Shown here: one piece after another, positions 54,626 to 63,433 of the stretch | How the letters are laid out: each line of letters starts with the position of its first letter | Numbering within the stretch: position 1 is the stretch's first letter | Made by a program: the position numbers and the translations under genes | Notes under the pieces: generated by a model | What the model saw: the letters and a program-made list of their open reading frames with translations, nothing else | Database searches by the model: none | Told to the model about the DNA's origin: nothing | Virus record (IMG/VR): IMGVR_UViG_3300045988_087374 | Strand: one strand, 5' to 3' | Length of the DNA stretch: 64,000 nucleotides | Source of the DNA: a virus

Positions 54626-55127
54626 ATGCACATTGAGTTCGGAATCCATCCGAAATGCCATTAAGCAGCTAGAAACATACCAGAACAGATTGCAGGATAA
54701 GAATGAGATATTCGTGCAAAGATTGGCAGAACTGGGAATCCCCATTATAAATGAAAATATTATGTTGGCACAGGGGGATTCTGATAAAAACCACAATACC
54801 TACATCAAAATCAACAGGTTTGGAAGCTATGCACGGGCAACTCTTGTGTGCGAGGGTTCTGACCTAAGTTTCATAGAATTCGGTGCAGGTATTCATTACA
54901 ACACTCCGGCAGGAACAAGTCCCCATCCAAAAGGAGAAGAATTCGGATATACCATTGGTTCCTACGGACAGGGAAAAGGAAAAAACGAATCGTGGGTATA
55001 TGTGGCAGATTCTGGCGAATGGGTACGCTCTTACGGTACGGAGGCTACAATGCCCGTTTACAAAGCAAGTGTAGAAATTATGCAGAACATCCGTAGAATC
55101 GCAAAAGAAGTGTTTTCTGCACAGTAA
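54609..55127 (+). CDS. HK97 gp10-like tail-completion protein (tentative)
   Basis: position and size only. Confidence 0.4.
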   Translation: MSKRIKCTLSSESIRNAIKQLETYQNRLQDKNEIFVQRLAELGIPIINENIMLAQGDSDKNHNTYIKINRFGSYARATLVCEGSDLSFIEFGAGIHYNTPAGTSPHPKGEEFGYTIGSYGQGKGKNESWVYVADSGEWVRSYGTEATMPVYKASVEIMQNIRRIAKEVFSAQ

Positions 55128-55128
55128 T

Positions 55129-55446
55129 TCATGGATGAATAATCTTTCCAGAGTCCATATCTATGATGAGGTCTGGTGATTCTATGTCGTAGCACTCCGG
55201 GTCGTCGGGGTCTAGTATCTTACAATCAATCAGAACCTTTCTGCCCTCACATTCCGCGATGAAAGACACGGAACCAGTTTCCGGGTTTTGCGGTGGCTGA
55301 CATATTAGCAGATACTCTTTTCCGTAGATAGTGACTTTTTCGTTGATCGGATTTATGCAAGATTTGAGCATTTTAAAATTTCTCCTTGTCACAGATTTTG
55401 TACCAATTATACGCCCGTACATCTGCTGCGGCAATAGCAATTCCAT
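55129..55446 (-). CDS. hypothetical protein, the only minus-strand gene in the tail module
   Basis: 105 aa. Confidence 0.55.
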   Translation of the reverse strand: MELLLPQQMYGRIIGTKSVTRRNFKMLKSCINPINEKVTIYGKEYLLICQPPQNPETGSVSFIAECEGRKVLIDCKILDPDDPECYDIESPDLIIDMDSGKIIHP

Positions 55447-55542
55447 ACTGAAACATACTTAGGAAAATGGTATACTATAGTATATAAAAGCATCTGCCGG
55501 AATGGTGGGTGCTTTTTTCATGCGAAAAGGTAGGGTGATAAA

Positions 55543-55944
55543 AGGTTAGATACTGTAAAAAACCCAATTGAAGAAGTGTTTTCCAGATGGTCAAGGGCAA
55601 TCGAGCCAGTTGTCGGCAAAGGAAATTATTCCATGGATGAAAGCCAGACAATAGCTTCCACCAAAAAGACATACGCAAGGTTATTCTTACTTGGCAGTCC
55701 TACAGCAAGAAGCAATCTTGAGGGGGATGAATGTGCCACAATGCCATCATTTCAAGTCGAATCGTATGCATCCGGAGCAAAGGGTTCTTCAAAAGCATAC
55801 GACATTGATGCAGTTAGCCATGAAACCATGGTCAGTATGGGCTTCCGAAGAACATATGGGCCAGTCAAACAAAACAACGCTGATAACAGTATCAAGCGAG
55901 TTGTCAGCAGATACAGCCGGATATATACCGGCACATTACTCTAG
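55543..55944 (+). CDS. tail-completion/terminator-like protein; proposed AGG start (track: GTG 55576)
   Basis: frame opens at 55534; GGTGAT SD-like 55534-55539; AGG 55543; no canonical start before 55576. Confidence 0.45.
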   Translation, partial: RLDTVKNPIEEVFSRWSRAIEPVVGKGNYSMDESQTIASTKKTYARLFLLGSPTARSNLEGDECATMPSFQVESYASGAKGSSKAYDIDAVSHETMVSMGFRRTYGPVKQNNADNSIKRVVSRYSRIYTGTLL

Positions 55945-55961
55945 GAAAGGAGTGAAAAAAC

Positions 55962-56255
55962 ATGGAACAGATCATGAACTATGTGAAGCCGGAACTTCTG
56001 ATTGTCGCAGTTGTGCTGTACTTCATCGGAATGGGCATTAAAAAGTCCGAAATTATCCCGGATAAATATATCCCGGCAATCCTTGGCGCTTTAGGAATTC
56101 TGATTTGTGGAATTTACGTGATCGCATCTTCCACAATGTCTGGTTCTCGCGAAATTGCAATGGCAGTTTTTACCGCAATCACGCAGGGAATTCTTGTCGC
56201 AGGATTAAGTAACTATGTGAACCAGATCGTAAAGCAAGCAAATAAAGAAGAATAA
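55962..56255 (+). CDS. holin-like membrane protein
   Basis: 97 aa, 2-3 TM segments, charged C-terminus. Confidence 0.55.
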   Translation: MEQIMNYVKPELLIVAVVLYFIGMGIKKSEIIPDKYIPAILGALGILICGIYVIASSTMSGSREIAMAVFTAITQGILVAGLSNYVNQIVKQANKEE

Positions 56256-56290
56256 TTATTTATGGGTCGAAAGACGGAAAGGAGTACGTA

Positions 56291-56770
56291 AGGGCACGAT
56301 TAACAACGCTTGGTGTAAAATTTTCATACGCCGTTGAAACGGTAAAAGGTACAAAGCCAGCTAAATTCACACAGTTGGAAGAGGCTTCTTCCATCGGTGG
56401 CATTTCTCTTGAAACAGAACAGATTGACGTTTCCGCACTGGAAGATTATCTGACTCAGTATGCGGCAGGTAGACAGGACACAGGTGGTACTTGGGAGATT
56501 GAGTTTATCATGGATCCAGACAAATCCGTTAAACAGATCAAGAAACTGTACGAAGATTCTAAGAATGCAAAAACTACAGGACTGGCAACTTGGTTCCAGG
56601 TATCATTCCCGGATATGTCCGACGCATTCTTCGTTATCGCAGAATGCGGTCGTGAAATCCCAATGCCGGAAATTGCACAGAACGAAGCGGCAACCATGTC
56701 CATTTCTCTTATCATCAGTACTTATAAGGGACTGGACACCAAAGTTGAGCCTACAGCAGCTGCTGAATAA
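56291..56770 (+). CDS. major tail protein; proposed AGG start (track: TTG 56375)
   Basis: AAAGGAG 56278-56284, 6-nt spacer, AGG 56291; 28 in-frame codons (ARLTTLGVKFSYAVETVKGTKPAKFTQ) with no ATG/GTG/TTG. Confidence 0.6.
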   Translation, partial: RARLTTLGVKFSYAVETVKGTKPAKFTQLEEASSIGGISLETEQIDVSALEDYLTQYAAGRQDTGGTWEIEFIMDPDKSVKQIKKLYEDSKNAKTTGLATWFQVSFPDMSDAFFVIAECGREIPMPEIAQNEAATMSISLIISTYKGLDTKVEPTAAAE

Positions 56771-56792
56771 GATGTAAAACAGGGAGGTTATC

Positions 56793-57203
56793 ATGTTTAG
56801 TTTCTCAGTAAATGATAAAACATACAAAGTAAAATTCGGATATGGCGTACTTACCCAGTCGGATATTCTTACGCAGGTGTCTTCCATGGGAGAAATCACC
56901 AATCCGAAAGATATGATTAAAATGCTTCCAGAACTGATTCTGGCAGGGTTGCAAAGAAAACACAAAGACGAATTCGGGTACGAAACCGAAGAAGAAAAGA
57001 AAGTTGCGTATGAAAAGGTATGTGACCTTCTGGACGACTACGAAGATGAATCCACAGAGGAAAATCCTCATAATGGATTTACTTTATTTGAAAAAGCAAG
57101 TAAGGAGCTTGAGAAGAACGGTTTTTTATCCGGCATGATAAATGCAATGGAGAAAGAGGAGGAGAAACTTCCGAAGACTCCACAGGATCACAAGAAGAGC
57201 TGA
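56793..57203 (+). CDS. tail assembly chaperone (G-like)
   Basis: position before the tape measure; acidic C-terminus. Confidence 0.6.
   Translation: MFSFSVNDKTYKVKFGYGVLTQSDILTQVSSMGEITNPKDMIKMLPELILAGLQRKHKDEFGYETEEEKKVAYEKVCDLLDDYEDESTEENPHNGFTLFEKASKELEKNGFLSGMINAMEKEEEKLPKTPQDHKKS
57122..57128 (+). promoter_or_regulatory. putative -1 programmed frameshift slippery heptamer T_TTT_TTA
   Basis: X_XXY_YYZ in the chaperone frame; the -1 frame stays open to 57604. Confidence 0.5.
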
Positions 57204-57238
57204 CTTTTTCTGAAGTAGTCCACAAGAAGCTACTTCCG

Positions 57239-57604
57239 TTGTACTTATCAATCGGTGTTTCTGAAGAAAAGTTCTGGGATTCCACGCCATATGACCTTGA
57301 GCCATATCTCGATGCTTACAAATTAAAACAGCGGCAGTGGGATGCACAGGCATGGCAGTACAATATGTATACTATGTGCGCTGTCCAGACTGCTGTTGCG
57401 ACTGTACTTGTTGGCAAGAAATCCAAGGCGAAGTATCTTGATAAGCCATTCCTGCAAGATATACAAGAAGAACAGGAGAAAGGTGAAAATCTTTCTGAGG
57501 CAGAAAAGAAACGACAAAGAGAAAAATTACTTATGACTTTGCAACTTATGCAAGCGAATTTCGAACTGAATCACAGCAATGATGATGAGGGCAGGCAGGA
57601 TTAA
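57239..57604 (+). CDS. -1-frame extension of the tail chaperone (GT-like product); probably not independently initiated
   Basis: frame open upstream to the slippery site; no RBS at TTG 57239. Confidence 0.5.
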   Translation: MYLSIGVSEEKFWDSTPYDLEPYLDAYKLKQRQWDAQAWQYNMYTMCAVQTAVATVLVGKKSKAKYLDKPFLQDIQEEQEKGENLSEAEKKRQREKLLMTLQLMQANFELNHSNDDEGRQD

Positions 57605-57630
57605 AAGTCTTGTCTGCCCTTTATTTTTTT
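57589..57630 (+). terminator. strong hairpin plus U-run just upstream of the tape-measure start
   Basis: 12-bp stem gggcaggcagga/tcttgtctgccc, then tttattttttt. Confidence 0.6.
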
Positions 57631-57650
57631 GATTAAAAGGAGGTGGCTTA

Positions 57651-60600
57651 AGGGCTGATAATACCATAGATACTCTTGATATACAGATAACCAGTAGCAC
57701 CGAGAAAGCAGTGCAGTCAATCAGAAATTTATCCAAAAGTCTAATTGGATTGAATAAATCATTAGGAAGTGTTAATGCCAACGGAATCCAAAAATATGCA
57801 AATGAACTTCAAAAGGTTGTATCTGCATTTGATTCCTTGAACTCGAAAACTTCTGGATTGTCGACAGGGATGCAACGGGTTTCGGAATCATTATCATCTA
57901 TTGGAAAAGTAGATTTTAAAGAGACCGGAGTAAACTCATTTATCAATGCCATGAACCGTTTGGCTAAGGTGGATATGAGCAATTTCGATACTTCAAAACT
58001 TGGAAATATCGTATCTTCTTTGTCGGCATTGGCAAATATTCCGAATGTTTCATCCGGTGTAAATCGTTTTGTCTCTTCTGTGGCGAAATTAGCCGGGACT
58101 GGTGATTCTATCGGAACGGTTTCTAAGGAGATCACAAGCCTTGCGGACGCATTAAAAAGAGCAACCGAAAAGATGAGTACGGTTGGAGATGTTTCTGAAT
58201 CTGTCAACACATTTGTCCAATCTATTGCAAGACTGGCAAGTGCTGGAAACAAGACCGGGCAGACTGCAAGCCAGTTGTCTGTGTTGTCCAAGGCGTTACT
58301 TGATTTTTTTAATGCCATGCGTGATGCACCTAATATCAGTTCCGATGTTATCCGTATGACAGAAGCATTAGCACAATTGGCGAGAGCGGGTGGAAATATT
58401 GGAAGTTCCACCAGTTCTGTATCGAATTCGTTCAATACTATCAGCACTTCTTCTTCGAGGACGGAAATTGCTATACGAGGAATGTCACGGGTATTTTCCA
58501 CATTTGCTTTAAAGACGATTTCTCTTGGTCAAAAGGCTGCATCTGCAATCGCAAGGATTGGAATATCCGCGATCAATACCGCATCCAAGCTCAAGAAGAT
58601 GTCTGGAATTTTTACTACAATTAGCAACAAAATCAACAGCTTGTATATGCGAATGTTCTTCCTACAGAGGATTGGTTCTACACTGTTCAAACCGATAAAA
58701 TCAGCTGTCAATTATGTGGAAACTCTCAACTATTTCAACTCTGCATTCAAGCAAGTAGCTGAGAATGTGGATACGGACGAATGGAAGAAAAGTGGTATAA
58801 AATCCGCTGAAGCATATGCAGATTCGTTCCAAGAAAGAGCTAAGCAACTTTCACAGAAGCTGACAGGGTTTGAAGTTTCAGATACTGGCGAACTAACCAG
58901 AACCAATACTGCCAATCTTGGGCTTGACCCGGAAAAGACTATGCAGTATCAGGCAACATTTGCACAGATGGCATCTTCTATGGGAGATACATCGGAAACT
59001 GCGTTGAAGCTGTCAAATGCCTTGACTATGGTTGGCGCTGACCTTGCTTCTGTGCGAAACATGGACTTCGAGGATGTATGGCAGGATATGGCATCCGGCT
59101 TGACTGGTATGAGCCGTGCAATGGACAAGTACGGCATCAATATCCGTAATGCTAATATGCAACAAGAATTATACAATCTGGGAATTGACACCAGCATATC
59201 AAAGTTATCTCAGGCAGACAAAACAATCTTAAGAACGATTATTTTGCTGAATAACTCACAGTATGCATGGGGTGATTTGGCTAAAACGATTAACGGGTCA
59301 GTAGCGTAATAAATGCGTAGCTACTGGCAAGTCGCTCATATCGAAACCGACAAGTAGGGTATGAGTCATCAGTGATGAAATAAGCTGGAAAGCCGTTTGC
59401 AACGGTAATCAGAGAGTGAAGGCTGTGATTAAAACCGCAGTCAACCGCAACGCGTAGGAAGTGAACCTATAGTTGAGATACTACAGAATATAATCTTCCC
59501 AAGAGTCATCACTATCGGTCGGTACGGATGCAGAATCCGTGGTAAAAAGGTACGCTGGACTTGTACTGTAATGGTGCAGAAGTAAGGATAAAAAGCCTTG
59601 CGATAACAATTCGAGAACAGCCAGCAAACCAGATTCGTATGCTTCAATCTAACTTTGCTTCACTCGGAAGAACAATAGGTTCTTTGTTCATTCCTATACT
59701 GCAAACAGTTCTTCCATATATTAACGCAATTGTAATCGCACTGCAAAGAATGTTCGCTTATATCGCGAAACTTCTTGGTATTAAACTATCAAATTATGTT
59801 GCTTCTACGGGTGGAATTGCTGTTGATACAAGTAACATTGCAGACGAAATGGACAATGCCAGTGATTCTATTGATACTGCAAATAAGAATGCCAAAAAAC
59901 TTGAAAAAACATTATCTGTACTTGCTTTTGATGAACTGAATCAGCTTAGTGATAACTCTGATTCCAGCGGTACGAGCAGTCCGACATCCGGCACTGGCGG
60001 TAGTGCAGCACACCTTCCGGCATTGGATGCAGCACTAGATGCGGCTCTTGCCAATTACCAAAAGGCGTGGGACGAAGCATTCAAGAAAATGTCCAATAGG
60101 GCAAATGAGATGGCAGATGCTATTGTAAATGCTTTTAAGAAAAAAGACTGGAAAGGTCTTGGAAAAATAATGGCAGACGGCATCAACTGGGGAATGAAAA
60201 AACTCTATGATGCAATCAACTGGAATAAAGTTGGCCCGTATATTACAAAATTCACCAGTGCATTCACTCAGACGTTCAACAGCCTTGTCGATAATATCAA
60301 CTGGGACTTGATCGGACGTACTTTTGGAGCCGGTGTTAATACGATTGTTAATACAACAAATCAACTTTTAGAGGGAATTGACTGGAAGAACCTCGGGGCG
60401 AAGTTTGCTTCTGGAGTCTCAGGACTTGTAAGGGAAGTTGACTGGGAAAACTTCGGAAATCTTATTGGCAACTCTTTTATGCGTGGATGGAAAATCTTCG
60501 CGGGATTTGTCGAAAATCTTCCGTACAGCGAAATTGGTGTTGCTGTAGCAAACGGACTCAACGGAATTTTCCGTAAGATTAATTTTGCAGAGATTGCAGA

Positions 60601-62710
60601 TGCACTGGCAACCGGGCTGAATGGTGCTTTTAATACGCTCGCTTCTTTCACTAAGACTTTTGACTGGGATGAAATGGTTGATAATATCACAGGAGGTATT
60701 GTTACATTCATGCAGAAATTTGACTGGAAAGGAAACGGAGCAAAACTAGAAGATTTCATAAATCATTTGCTTACTGCACTGGTTGACATTGCCAAAGGTG
60801 TTGACTGGGAAGCATTTGGACACAATGTCGGTGTATTTCTCAGTGAAATCGACTGGGGGAAACATCTTAAACAATTGCTTACTGTATTGACCAGTGTTCT
60901 TGGTGGCATTTGGGAAGGACTCGGAAGCACGTCTGCCGGTACATTCATTCAGGCAATAGCTGTATTTGCAATTGGTTCAAAGTTGATGCCATTTGTTAAT
61001 AGCATTACGAAATTTTTGACCGGCTCAACCGTAACGACAAAACTTTCTACCGCAATTCAAGGAATGCTCAATCCGGCAATAACATCTGTCGCAGAAACGG
61101 CTGTTCCAGCGTTAGGAACTTCTCTCGGAAGCCTCGTTGCGACTGGTGGTGGAATTGCCTTGGCAACCGCAGGTGCAGTATTCCTTACCAAAAAATTAGC
61201 AGGACTTTTTGAAACCATGCAGGGCGGTAATGGAATGACTACTCAGTACGGTGGTTATCTGCATGATTATGCAACTCAGCTGACTAATGTAGCAAGCCTC
61301 ACCAATGAGCAATCAGAGGCATTATGGCAGTTGATTGAAAAGGATGAGGAACTTGGAAAAAGCCATGATGAAATGTATTCAGATATGGTTGAAAAACTGA
61401 AAGAATATGGTGTTTCCGCAGATCAAGCCAGAACTGCTCTTGTACTGTACGGAACGCAAGCGGGTGTATCAGCTGAGTTTGTGGACGGCATGACAAAGAA
61501 GATTGCAGAACTTGGCGAAGGAGTATCAGAAGCTGCTTCTAAATTCGACACATCCAAAATCAGTATGTCTGACCTTAAAAACGAACTGTATATGTTGAGT
61601 TTACAGTCTGATGAATTTGGTGGTTCGTACAGGACTGCTATGGACGAATTGGATAACGCTAATAATGGCGGTACTATCACAAGCACAAAAGATGCATTAG
61701 ATGCGGTTTATACTTCACTTAAAAATGCCGGAGTTCCGCTTGATGAGTTGAATAATAAACTGGCCAAGGATTTTCCTGATGCAACTGTCGCAACAAAAAC
61801 TGCGATTGAAAAGAATATCGTAGGTGCACAGAAAACCATTTCTTCCTCTGCCGGAAAAGCATCTAAAGATACCACAACGGCAACAAATGAAATGGCAAAG
61901 ACAGCTACTGACGATTTTGCAGAAATCCAGAAACAAGCAGACACTTACATGAAAGGCATGGAAACAACCACTACAAGCTCCTGGGGAAATTCCTCAAGAG
62001 AAGCGACCTTAAAAGCCAGAGAAATGAAAGTTGCAGTAAGTACGGAACTTGGCTTCATGGATAAGTCCGTAGCAAGTCATTTCAAAAGTCAATACAACAT
62101 TGCATACGGTAAATGGGAGTCACTTGGAAAAGCTGTATCTTCTTACATTTCAAAGGACATGAACAGCAAAATCGGCAGTTCTTTGAACAGCGTTGTAAAT
62201 ACAATTAAAAGCAAGTTTACCGGACTGTATAACGTCGGCAGAAATGCAATGCAAGAGTTGGCGAACGGTATGAGGTCTGTCCATATCAGCACGCCGCATA
62301 TGTGGATGAACATGAATGCTTCTACAAGCGGAAACCATTATTCCTACAACTGGAATTCTGGTGTAAACTGGTATGCGAAAGGCGGTCTGTTCGGTAAGGC
62401 ATCTGTGATCGGTGTTGGCGAGGCTGGTAACGAGGCTGTTCTTCCTCTGGAAAACCGGAAGGTAATGAAAGGCATTGCTGACAGTATCATGTCTGGTTAC
62501 GATGGTTCCATGGGATTGTCGGCTGAAGAACTTGCGGCGGCAGTGGAACGCGGTGTTGTTACTGCGATAATGAACAATGGTGGAATAGGCGGTTCTGCTC
62601 CTGAGTACATCATGAACAGCATTAAAGTCAATGAACGTGAACTTGCGAGAATTGTCACAAAAGCACAGGAAAACACAGATTATCGGATGAATCCGTCACC
62701 AGCCTATTGA
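57651..62710 (+). CDS. tape measure protein, interrupted by an intron at 59291-59613; proposed AGG start (track: GTG 57711)
   Basis: GGAGG 57639-57643, 7-nt spacer, AGG 57651; track ORFs 57711-59309 and 59561-62710 join as ...WGDLAKTI/EQPANQIRML... Confidence 0.65.
59291..59613 (+). mobile_element. probable ORF-less group I intron in the tape-measure gene (boundaries +/- a few nt)
   Basis: U at -1 (59290) can pair with G59331 in a P1-like helix; last nt G59613; in-frame stops right after the 5' junction; Q-like aaaaccgcag and R-like gttgagatactaca. Confidence 0.55.
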
Positions 62711-62766
62711 TTTTTGTGCCGGAATATGGTAATATATAAATACGCATAAGGGATGTTGAACCCGAA

Positions 62767-62824
62767 GGCATACTAAGGATAAAAGAGGCAAAAGCCTCAG
62801 GATTCTTTAGTATGCCTTTTTTTT
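62767..62824 (+). terminator. rho-independent terminator after the tape measure
   Basis: 13-bp stem ggcatactaagga/tctttagtatgcc, then tttttttt. Confidence 0.7.
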
Positions 62825-62862
62825 ATTTGTCAGAAAATATTTACAGAAAGGAAAATAGATAA

Positions 62863-63300
62863 ATGGCATCTAAAGTTTTGATTTTATTCTTTGCTTCTTT
62901 GCTGTCACTTTCCAATGCGGCTACACCACAAGTGGCAGAAACTCCTCAGATACAGGAAGAATCTACAGCACCTACAGTATCCGAAGATTCCACAGAATCC
63001 GTAGAACCTACAGAAACACCTGAATATGCTGCTGAGGATGAAAATGATTCGCTGACCGTTGAGGAAAAGTATGAACACAACCAGAACAAAGAAGATTACC
63101 TTGAAGATGATGGAGAAAATCTGATCTGGTACGATGTTCCGTACTGTGACGATCACGACTACGAAGTAATTGAAGACGACGCAGAAACTATGTATATCTG
63201 CAAGAAATGCGGATATTCACATTCTGAGTTCACGGAAGAATCTGAGGATGAGCCGGAAGAAGAACTACCAGAAGAAACCGATTCTGACGGCGAAGAATAA
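62863..63300 (+). CDS. secreted, highly acidic protein with a C-terminal CxxC
   Basis: signal peptide MASKVLILFFASLLSLSNA; E/D-rich. Confidence 0.6.
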   Translation: MASKVLILFFASLLSLSNAATPQVAETPQIQEESTAPTVSEDSTESVEPTETPEYAAEDENDSLTVEEKYEHNQNKEDYLEDDGENLIWYDVPYCDDHDYEVIEDDAETMYICKKCGYSHSEFTEESEDEPEEELPEETDSDGEE

Positions 63301-63312
63301 TTTAGGTAAAAC

Positions 63313-63372
63313 CAACAGGCTAACCCGACGGGGGACAAGTGCAATTCCATGATGCACCTGCCTGTTGTTTTT
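63313..63372 (+). terminator. terminator-like hairpin
   Basis: caacaggc/gcctgttg stem, then ttttt. Confidence 0.45.
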
Positions 63373-63433
63373 ATACATCATGGATCTGTGACTACAAGGC
63401 AGTCACGCATTAACGACATGGAGGTTATCTATT

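Noticed and set aside
57809-58501. 230-aa minus-strand ORF
   Set aside because: It is antisense to the tape-measure gene. The low-complexity Ser/Ala codons of the sense strand keep the antisense frame open.
59471-59500. Adjacent R-like and S-like group I elements as a defined P7
   Set aside because: The S-like string (agaatataatc) directly abuts the R-like string with no P8 between them, and the two are not complementary in the required way. Only the R-like and Q-like matches are cited, as weak support.
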